DNA of 64,000 nt from Chlorobaculum sp. (lineage in GTDB: Bacteria > Bacteroidota > Chlorobiia > Chlorobiales > Chlorobiaceae), in the NCBI GenBank assembly GCA_013334655.1, contig JAAXXD010000002.1, positions 6,319 through 70,318 of the forward strand. Reading direction: 5' to 3'. Under the pieces are notes generated by a model, which saw only the letters and a list, made by a program, of their open reading frames with translations, was not told the DNA's origin and made no database searches. Below, one piece after another: positions 30,756 to 39,942 of this stretch; position 1 is the stretch's first letter; each line of letters begins with the position of its first letter. Made by a program: the position numbers and the translations under genes.

Positions 30756-32228
30756 TCACATCCCCGCCTTTCGCTTCGCCATCTCATCATTTTGCCAGCC
30801 GCCGCCGAGGGCGACGTACATGGCGGCGGTGTCCTGCATCTGTTGCGCTTTGGCTTGCAGGCAGCCGATTTTCGCCTGGCGGTACTGGATGTCGGCGAGG
30901 ATGACCTGAAGGTAGTTGACCATGCCCGCTTTGTAGTTGGCCTGGATGAGATCGAGCGCGAGTTTGGCGCTTTCGACGGCCCGCAACTCGGCCTGCACCG
31001 CTTCGGCGTCGTGTTCGAGAGCGCGGATGAGGTCGGCGACCTGGGCGAAGGCGGCGAGCACGGTCTGGCGGTAGAGGGCGAGGCTCTGGTCGCGCAGGTC
31101 GATGGCCGCCCGGCGTTTGGCCCGGAGTGCTCCGCCGTTGAAGATCGGCTCGGCAATGTTGCCGCCGATTGACCAGAGGCGATTCGCGGGGTCGGACAGC
31201 TCGTGCGGCTGGTTGCCGCTGCGTCCATAGCTGCCGGTGAGCGTGAAGCTCGGGAAAAGCGCCGCCGTGGCCACGCCGATTTGCGCGTTGGCTGCGTGCA
31301 GTTGCGCTTCGGCGGCGAGGATGTCCGGACGCTGGCGAACCAGCTCCGAGGGCAACGAGAGCGGTACGCTTTGCGGCAGCGAAATGACGGAGAAGCGCAG
31401 GTCGGGCGTCTGCCACTCCGCCGGAGTTTTGCCGGCGAGCGTCGCCAAAAGGTGCTCCGCCTGGCTCAGCTTCTGGCGAACGGGCGGCACGGAGGCTTCG
31501 AGCGAGGCGAGCTGGCTCTGCAACGCGAGCACGGCGCTGTAGCTTGCGATGCCCGCCTGCTGCTGCGACTTCGCAATCGAAAGCTGATCCTTCTCGATGG
31601 CGATGAGCCGGTCGAGTTCGTCGAGCTGCTCGCGATAAGCGGCGATGGCGATGCTCGTGTTGACAATGTTGCCGGTGAGCGTCATGTACGCGCCGAGCGT
31701 ACGGGCCCGCTGCTCGTCAACCTGCGCCCCAAGCGCCTCGACGCCGCGCCGCTGCCCGCCGAAGAGATCGAGCGCATAGCTGACCGAGGCGGACAGCGTC
31801 GAAAGATTGACGATGCCGCCGCTCCCGAAGCCCGCCGAAGCGGCTGGCGAGGTGGCTTGTCGCGTCTGCGAAAAGGTAGCGCCGACTTGCGGATAGAAGA
31901 TTCCAGCCCCGGCGGCGAGATTCTCCCGGCTCGCTTTAAGGCTCGCCTCGGCGGCCTGCAGGCCCGGATTCTCCGCCAGCCCTTGCGCCACGACCGCGTC
32001 GAGCTGGCTGGAGCCGAACGATTTCCACCACTGCGCCGCTGGCCCAACCCCTTCGTCGAAGCGCTGGCCGCCGCTCACCGGCTTCGGCAATGGCTGCCGG
32101 TCGTACGACGTCACTGCCGGAGCTTCGGGTTTGACGAAATCCGGCCCCACCGCGCATCCCGACAAGAGAAGCGCCGGAAGCGCGAGCCATGCGACGCCTC
32201 GCTTACTTGTTGTTCGCTGCTTCTTCAC
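30756..32228 (-). CDS. TolC/NodT-family outer membrane efflux lipoprotein
   Basis: LSGCAVGPDF lipobox, PSELVRQRPDILAAE, ALGGGW. Confidence 0.92.
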   Translation of the reverse strand: MKKQRTTSKRGVAWLALPALLLSGCAVGPDFVKPEAPAVTSYDRQPLPKPVSGGQRFDEGVGPAAQWWKSFGSSQLDAVVAQGLAENPGLQAAEASLKASRENLAAGAGIFYPQVGATFSQTRQATSPAASAGFGSGGIVNLSTLSASVSYALDLFGGQRRGVEALGAQVDEQRARTLGAYMTLTGNIVNTSIAIAAYREQLDELDRLIAIEKDQLSIAKSQQQAGIASYSAVLALQSQLASLEASVPPVRQKLSQAEHLLATLAGKTPAEWQTPDLRFSVISLPQSVPLSLPSELVRQRPDILAAEAQLHAANAQIGVATAALFPSFTLTGSYGRSGNQPHELSDPANRLWSIGGNIAEPIFNGGALRAKRRAAIDLRDQSLALYRQTVLAAFAQVADLIRALEHDAEAVQAELRAVESAKLALDLIQANYKAGMVNYLQVILADIQYRQAKIGCLQAKAQQMQDTAAMYVALGGGWQNDEMAKRKAGM

Positions 32229-33147
32229 CGATGTAAATGTCTACGAGTTGACCGGGATAGAGCGAGACCTTCTCGGGCTTTTCAAAGCTGAAGATCACCG
32301 GCAGCACGCGCACGTCCACCCGCTCGGTGCGCTGGCTCGACAGCTCGATTTTCGGCGTCACGTTCGGCTGGAACCTCACGAACTTGAGCGGAATCTTGAT
32401 CGTGGTGCCGCGAATCGACATGCTCGCGCTGATCTTCGCCGGATCGGGAAGGCGCTGGATGAGGATTTCATCGACGTAACAGCGCACTTGCAGGCTGTGA
32501 TCCGGGTTGCCCATCACGATGACCGGCACGTAGCCGTTCGTGTAGGAGTTGTAGCCACCCTGGCTGGAGATGTAGCTGCCCACCGAGGTGTTGATGGCGA
32601 GAATCGCGCCATCGGAGCGTGCCGTGATGGTGTATTTTCCGAGCAGCGCATGGGCCGCGTCGGATTGCCTGCGGGCGAGTTCGAGGCCCGCTTTCGCCGA
32701 GCGAACGGCGTTCGAGGCGGTGTCGAGCGCGTCCCTGCTCACGGAGCGGGGATCGAGACTCCACGACGCCTTCAGCTTGTCGTACTGCGCCTGCACGTTG
32801 GCGAGGCTCGCCTCGGCCACCGCGACGCTCGCCTTCGCCGAGGCCGCCGTCGAACCCTGAACCGTGTCGTCGAGCACGAGCAGCGGCGCTCCGGCTTTGA
32901 CCTCTTCGCCCTCGTTGACGGGAATCTTCACCACCGTGCCCGACACTTCGGGGTAGATGCTCACATTCGCGCCGCTTTGCTGGGCGCTCTCGATGATGCC
33001 GTTGGCGTAAATTCCGCTCCGGTAGGGATTCGAGGCCGGTTTGAAGGCGGGCGGCTCCGACTTCGGGCGCAGCTTCATGAAAAATGCGCTACCCACGCCG
33101 AGAAGAATGCCGATGATCGCGATGCCGATCAGGATTTTATTTCTCAT
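32203..33147 (-). CDS. efflux periplasmic adaptor (MFP/HlyD family)
   Basis: N-terminal TM, SGTVVKIPVNEGEEVKAG, LYPGQLVD; start MRNKIL overlapping the ATPase stop. Confidence 0.88.
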   Translation of the reverse strand: MRNKILIGIAIIGILLGVGSAFFMKLRPKSEPPAFKPASNPYRSGIYANGIIESAQQSGANVSIYPEVSGTVVKIPVNEGEEVKAGAPLLVLDDTVQGSTAASAKASVAVAEASLANVQAQYDKLKASWSLDPRSVSRDALDTASNAVRSAKAGLELARRQSDAAHALLGKYTITARSDGAILAINTSVGSYISSQGGYNSYTNGYVPVIVMGNPDHSLQVRCYVDEILIQRLPDPAKISASMSIRGTTIKIPLKFVRFQPNVTPKIELSSQRTERVDVRVLPVIFSFEKPEKVSLYPGQLVDIYIGEEAANNK

Positions 33148-33844
33148 TGAAATGATTGGTTTCGTAACCCACGATTTTGCCATCCTCCATCTTCATGATC
33201 CTGTCCGCGAATTCGTAAATCCGGCTGTCGTGCGTCACGATGATGATGGCCCGTTTTTCGTTCAGGATGTTTGATTTCACGAATTCCACGATCTTTCGCC
33301 CGGTGTCGCCGTCGAGCGAGGCGGTCGGTTCATCGAAGATCAGCAAGTCCGGCTTCCCTGCGATGGCCCGCGCGATTGCCACGCGCTGCTGTTCGCCGCC
33401 GCTCAGCTTTACCGGCTGCAACTCGGCGCGATCTTTCAGGCCGACGATGTCGAGATAGTCGCGTGCGAGCTTCATCGCCTGGTTCCACTCCATTTTCTTC
33501 AGGATCAGCGGAATGGCCACATTCTCGACCGTCGTCAGCCTCGGAAAAAGGTGGTAATCCTGAAAGACGAAGCCGATCTTGTTCAGGCGCAGATCGGCCA
33601 GCTCGTCATCGTTCATTTTCCATATATCCTGATTTTCAACAACGACGCTCCCCTCGTTCGGCCTCAGAATGCCCGAGATGATGCTGAGCAAAGTGGTCTT
33701 GCCGCTGCCGGACGGGCCGACGATATAGAGCATCTCGCCGTAGCTCGCCTCGAAGGAGACATGCTTGACCGCCACGGTTCGCGCCTCGCCCTCGCCGAAC
33801 CACTTGACCAGATTGGTGGCCCTGATGATCGCCGTTTCGCTCAC
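33137..33844 (-). CDS. ABC transporter ATP-binding protein (DevA/LolD/MacB-like)
   Basis: GPSGSGKT, LSGGEQQRVAIARA, FDEPT, VTHD. Confidence 0.95.
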   Translation of the reverse strand: MSETAIIRATNLVKWFGEGEARTVAVKHVSFEASYGEMLYIVGPSGSGKTTLLSIISGILRPNEGSVVVENQDIWKMNDDELADLRLNKIGFVFQDYHLFPRLTTVENVAIPLILKKMEWNQAMKLARDYLDIVGLKDRAELQPVKLSGGEQQRVAIARAIAGKPDLLIFDEPTASLDGDTGRKIVEFVKSNILNEKRAIIIVTHDSRIYEFADRIMKMEDGKIVGYETNHFNEK

Positions 33845-33845
33845 G

Positions 33846-34991
33846 TCACCCCCTGAAAATGTCGAAAGGCTGAATCTGTAACACCTTGCGCACGCCGATG
33901 TAGCTCGAAAAGCCCGCGATGATCATCACCATCACGAGCGCCAGCCCAAGCGTCTGGTTGGTGAGCTGGGCGGCGTAATCAGGAATACGCCACTTGGCGA
34001 TGATGATGAAGGTCGAGGCCGCGCCGACGCCGAGGCCGTAGCCAATCAGCGAGGTGACGAACGCCTGGGCGAGAATCATCGCGATCAGCTCGTTGCCTTT
34101 TGCGCCGATGGCCTTCATTGCGCCAAACTTGCCGATATTTTCGAGAATGAAGGTGTAGAAGGTCTGGCCGGAGATGGAGAGACCTACGACAAAGCTGATA
34201 GCGGTCATCATCATGATGTTCATGCCGACGCCGGTTTTGAAGGTGTAGAAGTTGGCCACCTTCTTGACGAACTGGTCGCGGGTCAGCGCTTCGTAGCCGA
34301 GTTTGGCGATAGCCCTCTGGATGCCGGGCACATCCGCCTCGCTCTTCGGCTCGATCAGCACGTACGAGGTGGTGAAACGCGCCGATGGAATGTAAGTGAT
34401 AGCGCGATTGTAGGTTGTGTAGAGCGTCGGCACGCCGAACAGACCCGACGAAGCGGCCTTGGCGATGCCGACCACCGTGGCGCGGTTGTCGTTGATCTCG
34501 AATTCGGTGCCGATTTTCGGATTTTCGAGCTTGGCGAACTCGGCGTCCTTCACCACCACGAAGGCGTTCTCGGCGAAAATATCCTCGATCCGCCCCTCGA
34601 TCATCTCGGGCCGTCCGAAGAGCGTCGAGTCGTCGAGACCGACCACCGTCGCCGCCTGGTAGGTTCCATCCTTGAGCTTGAGCAGCGCGCTGCCGAAATA
34701 GAGCGGCACGGCGTACTTCACCCCCGGAATGCTCCGCGACGCCGAAAGGATGTAATCGGGCATCGGAATGCTGCTGTTGGTGTTGTTCACCGCCGGATCC
34801 ATCACCCACACCTTTGCGCCGATGTTGTAAACCGGAGCGCACGAGCGGGCCAGAATGCCGGAAAACATCGACATCATCATCACCATGAGGAACACGGCGA
34901 AGGTGATGCCCACCAGAAGCGCCGTGAACTTGCTCTTGTCGTTCATCAGGAGCTTCAGCGCAATCCTGTAGATGCCGGAGAGAGGCTTCAT
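33846..34991 (-). CDS. ABC transporter permease (FtsX/DevC-like)
   Basis: N-terminal TM, periplasmic domain, MKAIGA, three C-terminal TMs. Confidence 0.9.
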   Translation of the reverse strand: MKPLSGIYRIALKLLMNDKSKFTALLVGITFAVFLMVMMMSMFSGILARSCAPVYNIGAKVWVMDPAVNNTNSSIPMPDYILSASRSIPGVKYAVPLYFGSALLKLKDGTYQAATVVGLDDSTLFGRPEMIEGRIEDIFAENAFVVVKDAEFAKLENPKIGTEFEINDNRATVVGIAKAASSGLFGVPTLYTTYNRAITYIPSARFTTSYVLIEPKSEADVPGIQRAIAKLGYEALTRDQFVKKVANFYTFKTGVGMNIMMMTAISFVVGLSISGQTFYTFILENIGKFGAMKAIGAKGNELIAMILAQAFVTSLIGYGLGVGAASTFIIIAKWRIPDYAAQLTNQTLGLALVMVMIIAGFSSYIGVRKVLQIQPFDIFRG

Positions 34992-35365
34992 GTCGTGACT
35001 GTATCAGATTTACCGCCTTCCATCAATTAGAGACTCAAATCGGAAATTTCCATGAAAAAATCCGACTTTTTTTCAGGAACAACCGGCAAGCCGCGATCTT
35101 TCCGTTGACGCCGGGCGACGCCATTCAGCAGGATGGGGAATAGTGTCTTATGCTAGTCATAATAACTACTCAAAATTTCCAGGCAAACGTATAATGGCGT
35201 TACGGAAAGATAACGCCGGATCGTTGAGATGTCTTTCGGGAATAACTTTCGTCTCTGTATGTATAATGATGACGATTCAGTGTATATTTAAAAAAATATT
35301 TTCTGCTTCCGATTTGACAAATAGCTACAATTTATCTCTGTATCGGCAGCTAACAGGGTTACGTC

Positions 35366-38300
35366 ATGCTCCATCCAACAGACGAGCAACTTCATAGCCT
35401 GACCGGAATGATTCCCGGCCCGGCCTTCACGCTCGACCCGGACGGCCTCGTCACCGGATGGAATCGCAACGCCCGCATCGCGATCTTCGGCGCGGAGAGC
35501 GAGAGCATCTCGGGCGAAAATCTGATCGACGACGTTCATGACGATGATCGCGATGAGTTTCGCAGTGCCATCAAGGCGGCCCTCGATGGCGATTCCGAAG
35601 CCTCCTGCGAAGCAAGAATCCTGCACCGAGGCCGGATGAAATATCTCTGGCACGCGGTTGCGCTTAAAAAAATCGTAACCGCAGGCAAACCGTCGCTTCT
35701 CTCCACGGCGCAAGAGATCACCAAATGCAAGCAGCTCGAAGAGTCACTTCAGATCAGTGAAGCGAAGTTCAAGCGTCTTTTCGACGGGCACTCTGTCATC
35801 ATGCTGGTGATCGATGCCCGCACGAAAGCGATCATCGACGCCAACCATGCCGCGTCCAGCTTCTATGGCTGGTCTCTCGAAGAGCTGCGTTCGATGCGTC
35901 TCGACCAGCTCGCCGCAATCTCGCCGCAGAGTCTTGAAGAAGAGATTACGCTGATCAAAAAATTCAAACAGAAAATCGTTTCGGTTCGCCACAAGAGAGC
36001 GGATGGCTCTGTCCGCGACGTGGAAGCCTCGACGACGCTCATCGAAATCAATGGCGACGAGGTTTTTTACTGCATCATCAACGACGTAACCGAGCGCTTG
36101 CGGGTTGAAAAGGAGTTGCGCATCAGCAAATCGCAGCTCGATTTCGCGCTCGAAAAGAGCCATATCGGCTGGTGGAGCATGAAGCTCAAGGAGGGCAAAC
36201 TGCTTCGCACACTCGAACTCGCCAAAATTTTTGGCTACGACTCGACCCTTTCGGCATGGACGTACAAACGATTTCTTGAGCATGTTATACCTGATGACCG
36301 ACAACTGGTGTACAGCATCGTCCGGGTAACGCGAGACAATAAGAGCGAGTGGCATTTCGAATGCCGCATCCGCCGCACGGATGGAGCGGTGCGCTGGATT
36401 CTGGTTGCGGGCGGATTTCAAAAGGATATGACGGGGGACGAGCACCGCATGTCGGGCATCGTCATGGATATTTCCGAGCGCAAAAAGGCGGAGATCGAGC
36501 TGCGGGAAAACAGGAAGCGATTCGATCTGGCGCTCGAAGCGGCGCGAGCGGGCGTCTGGGAGATGAACATTGAAACCGGCAAGGCGTTCTGGTCCAACGA
36601 GATCGAGCGCCTGCTCGGCATGGCGCAGCAAAAGCAGCGCCCCACGTTCGAGCTGTGGATGAAGGCCATTCATCCCGATGACCGCCAGATGGTGATCGAA
36701 ACCATCTCGCAAACCAACAAAGCGGCCATCGAGTCCAATATGGAGTTCCGCGTCTGCTGGCCCGACGGCACGATCCGCTGGCTGATGTCTCGCGGGCAGC
36801 CAGTGTACAACGAAAGCGGCAAGTGGACCGGCTATATCGGCACGATGATCGACACCACGGAGCGGCGGGAGCTGATCGAATCGATCCGCCAGACCGAACT
36901 CGAGTATCGCACGCTGTTCGAAAACATGCCGAACGGCCTGGCCTATTGCAAGGTACTGTATGATAAAGATGGCACCGTCGAGGATTACGTCTACATCGAG
37001 GTCAACCGTAAATTCGAAGAGTTGCTTTCCCTGAAAGAGGTCATTGGCAAACGGGCGACCGAAGTCATACCGGAAATCAGAACAACCGATCGTGAGATAT
37101 TCAGAGTCGCTGATCGTGTTGTAAAAAACGGCCAGCCTGAATATTTCGACTATTTCCTCAATGCGCTTCAGGAGTGGTTCTCTTTTTTGGTCTACAGCCC
37201 GAAACGCGACTATTTTATTGTCATCTTCGATATCATCACCAAGCGCAAGCATATCGAGCAGTCGTTGCGAGACAGCGAACACAAGTTCCGCACCATAACC
37301 GAGCAAATAACCGAAATCGTCTTTGTTACTGATTTTTCAGGAATAGTTCGCTATATCTCGCCGGCCATCTATAAAACTGCCGGATACCGGCCCGAAGAGG
37401 TCGTTGGCCACTCCTTTTTCGATTTTCTTGCCGGTGATGAGATTGAACTGGCCAAACAAAAGGTTGAAGAAGCGATCTCCCGGCGTCTGGATTCAGAGGT
37501 TTTCGAGTTGAAATACAGGAAAAATGATGGCTCGGAACTCTACGGCGAAGTGGGGGTCAGATATTTTCAGGAAGGTGATGGTAACGATTTTTCGGGCATG
37601 ATCGGTGTGATTCGCGATATAAGCCGGAGAAAAAAAGCGGAAGAAGAGAAAAAAAGGCTCGAACTCCAGTTTCAGAAGTCCGAACGTCTCGAAACCATCG
37701 GTCGGCTTGCCGGCGGCATCGCACACGATTTCAACAATCTCCTGGCTCCCATTCTCGGTTACGCCGAGCTTGGCATGATGAAAGCCGCCGAAGAGGGTTA
37801 CGACCCCGAATATTACAGCGAGATCATCCAGGCATCCGAACGCGCAAAACATCTGATCGCCCAGATTCTGAGTTTCAGCAAATCGCATGAAATCGCGCCA
37901 AAGGTTGTCAGGATTCAGTTGATTGTCGAAGAGGCGCTGAGGCTTCTGCGCTCCTCGATTCCGGCAAACGTCACGATCGAGAAGCATCTCGATGAATCGT
38001 GCGGCAATATTCTCATCGACCCGTCCAAGCTGCATCAGATGATCGTCAATCTCTGCACGAACGCCTGGCAGGCTATCGACAAGAAGAACGGCCTCGTCAC
38101 CATCTCGCTCCGCCAGGTCAAGCCAGGCAAGGCTTTGCTGAAAAAACTGCCGGGACTGGCGGCTCAATCCTACGCAGAGCTGAGCATTTCTGACAACGGC
38201 ATTGGCATGAGCCCGGAGACAATCGAGCGCATTTTCGAGCCGTTTTTCACGACCAAGGGGCCAGAAAAAGGCACTGGACTTGGCTTGTCGGTCGTGCACG

Positions 38301-38809
38301 GCATCGTCTCCGGTTACAAGGGAGAGGTTCTGGTCGAAAGCGAGCCTGGCAAGTTCACCACCTTTCGCATCTATCTGCCGGTCATCGAAGAGAGCGACGA
38401 TCAGATGAGTTTACGAGCCGCTCCCGAGCGAGGCAAAGGAAGCATTCTTTTTGTCGATGACGAGCAGATCATCCTCAACATGATCTCGACGATGCTGACC
38501 AAGCAGGGCTTCGAGGTTTGCGCCATAAAGAATCCGCGTGAAGCCATCGAGCTGTTCAGGCAGAACCCAGAGCGATTCGATCTGGTCATCACCGATCTGA
38601 CCATGCCTGACCTCAGCGGACTCGAACTCTCGGCCGAGCTGAAAAAGGTAAATCCCCGAATTCAGATCATCTTGATGACCGGCTTTGGCAAGAACATCGA
38701 AGATGCTCGCACCCTGAATGACTATGGTATCAGTAAAATACTGAAAAAGCCAGTCAGGCTTGTCGATCTGGTTGCCGCAATCAAAACGGTCATCGCCGGA
38801 AAAGAGTGA
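35366..38809 (+). CDS. cytoplasmic multi-PAS hybrid histidine kinase with receiver domain
   Basis: About six PAS/PAC units, GIAHDFNN H-box, NLCTNA, DNGIG, FFTTK, GTGLGL; receiver FVDD...DLTMP...KKP. Confidence 0.93.
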   Translation: MLHPTDEQLHSLTGMIPGPAFTLDPDGLVTGWNRNARIAIFGAESESISGENLIDDVHDDDRDEFRSAIKAALDGDSEASCEARILHRGRMKYLWHAVALKKIVTAGKPSLLSTAQEITKCKQLEESLQISEAKFKRLFDGHSVIMLVIDARTKAIIDANHAASSFYGWSLEELRSMRLDQLAAISPQSLEEEITLIKKFKQKIVSVRHKRADGSVRDVEASTTLIEINGDEVFYCIINDVTERLRVEKELRISKSQLDFALEKSHIGWWSMKLKEGKLLRTLELAKIFGYDSTLSAWTYKRFLEHVIPDDRQLVYSIVRVTRDNKSEWHFECRIRRTDGAVRWILVAGGFQKDMTGDEHRMSGIVMDISERKKAEIELRENRKRFDLALEAARAGVWEMNIETGKAFWSNEIERLLGMAQQKQRPTFELWMKAIHPDDRQMVIETISQTNKAAIESNMEFRVCWPDGTIRWLMSRGQPVYNESGKWTGYIGTMIDTTERRELIESIRQTELEYRTLFENMPNGLAYCKVLYDKDGTVEDYVYIEVNRKFEELLSLKEVIGKRATEVIPEIRTTDREIFRVADRVVKNGQPEYFDYFLNALQEWFSFLVYSPKRDYFIVIFDIITKRKHIEQSLRDSEHKFRTITEQITEIVFVTDFSGIVRYISPAIYKTAGYRPEEVVGHSFFDFLAGDEIELAKQKVEEAISRRLDSEVFELKYRKNDGSELYGEVGVRYFQEGDGNDFSGMIGVIRDISRRKKAEEEKKRLELQFQKSERLETIGRLAGGIAHDFNNLLAPILGYAELGMMKAAEEGYDPEYYSEIIQASERAKHLIAQILSFSKSHEIAPKVVRIQLIVEEALRLLRSSIPANVTIEKHLDESCGNILIDPSKLHQMIVNLCTNAWQAIDKKNGLVTISLRQVKPGKALLKKLPGLAAQSYAELSISDNGIGMSPETIERIFEPFFTTKGPEKGTGLGLSVVHGIVSGYKGEVLVESEPGKFTTFRIYLPVIEESDDQMSLRAAPERGKGSILFVDDEQIILNMISTMLTKQGFEVCAIKNPREAIELFRQNPERFDLVITDLTMPDLSGLELSAELKKVNPRIQIILMTGFGKNIEDARTLNDYGISKILKKPVRLVDLVAAIKTVIAGKE

Positions 38810-38931
38810 TTTCCCGTTTGCCTCGTCCGCAAACCAGCGTCCGGTACCGGTCCAAAGAGAAATTATTTTTTACGAAAAGGTTAAAATAGATGCTGGTTTT
38901 ATGATTTTTTTGTTACATTGAGCCACTCTAT

Positions 38932-39004
38932 TGAGGAGTGGCCAAATTGGTAAGGCTCCTGACTCTGGATCAGGCAATTCCAGGTTCGAGTCCTGGCTCC
39001 TCAG
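38932..39004 (+). tRNA. tRNA-Gln(CTG)
   Basis: TGAGGAG acceptor stem, anticodon arm CCTGA-CTCTGGA-TCAGG, GGTTCGAGTCC T-arm; CCA not encoded. Confidence 0.92.
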
Positions 39005-39238
39005 CACCTCGAAGGCCTTGTAGCAAAAAATGTTACAAGGCTTTTTTTGTTGTCTGATCCGAAAGAAACGAGTTACTAAATTCGTCCAAAAGTCCCCTCT
39101 TTTGACCTGCCTAATCTGAGCGATTTGGCATAGAAAAAGCCCTCAAACGATGGGATAAAGTGTTATTTTGTAATGAGTAAACTCGATAATTACTATTGCA
39201 ATCAACACCACCCGAAAGGCGGAGGGCTTCATGGCGGA

Positions 39239-39403
39239 GAGCAATTGCCAAAAGTTGTGTTTTGAAGTTGCTTAAGCGGCAAGTGATTCCTCGATTCCGT
39301 TGATAAATTTGACGCCACTCAAAACCTTCTCGATGAGTAGGTGCGCGTTCAGTTTTCTCCATTTCAGCGACGCCCGTTCGGCCAGCTTGAACACCATGGC
39401 CAG
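39239..39403 (-). mobile_element. IS256-family remnant (transposase C-terminus plus right inverted repeat)
   Basis: LAMVFKLAERASLKWRKLNAHLLIEKVLSGVKFINGIE* followed by CACAACTTTTGGCAATTGCTC, an IS256-like terminal repeat. Confidence 0.7.
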
Positions 39404-39734
39404 ACTTATCGTTTCAGCATTGTCCGAGGACACCATCGCGGCTCCCGGCAACCGCAATCCCAACTACATCACGGTATCGGTTACCGATGCCAACGGTGTG
39501 CCGGTCACCGGACTTGGCGCGGCCAATTTCAAGGTTGACCCGATGATTGTCGGCCCGGGCGGTGCGCTCGTCAACATCGTGAGCGTCAGCGCTGGCAGGC
39601 TTTCCGGGTTCTACCTGATCCAGGTTGTGCCGATCAACACCCAGACATGGAAATCCGGCACCTACATCTTCTGCGTCGCGACCGTTCGTGGCGCAGACCA
39701 GGGCCAGACGCTCTGCCAGGTGCTGATGGATTGA
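39396..39734 (+). CDS. small beta-rich (Ig-like) hypothetical protein, 112 aa
   Basis: MARLIVSALSED...ITVSVTDANGVPVTGL...; followed by a terminator at about 39771-39800. Confidence 0.7.
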   Translation: MARLIVSALSEDTIAAPGNRNPNYITVSVTDANGVPVTGLGAANFKVDPMIVGPGGALVNIVSVSAGRLSGFYLIQVVPINTQTWKSGTYIFCVATVRGADQGQTLCQVLMD

Positions 39735-39942
39735 TTCGGCGTCGCGCCAGATTTCACGATTTGACGAAGAGAAGCTGCCTCCCGCTGAGGCAGCTTTTTT
39801 TATTTCAGGCTTTTGTATCAGCGTGCTTTTCAGTGATCCGTAGCGGCTGAATATGCAGATAAAAACGTATCTTGTCGAGGTAGATTTTTCCCGTCAGCGC
39901 CCCGGTTTCATCCATTGAGTGTTTCCTCAGCAAGGAGCAAGA

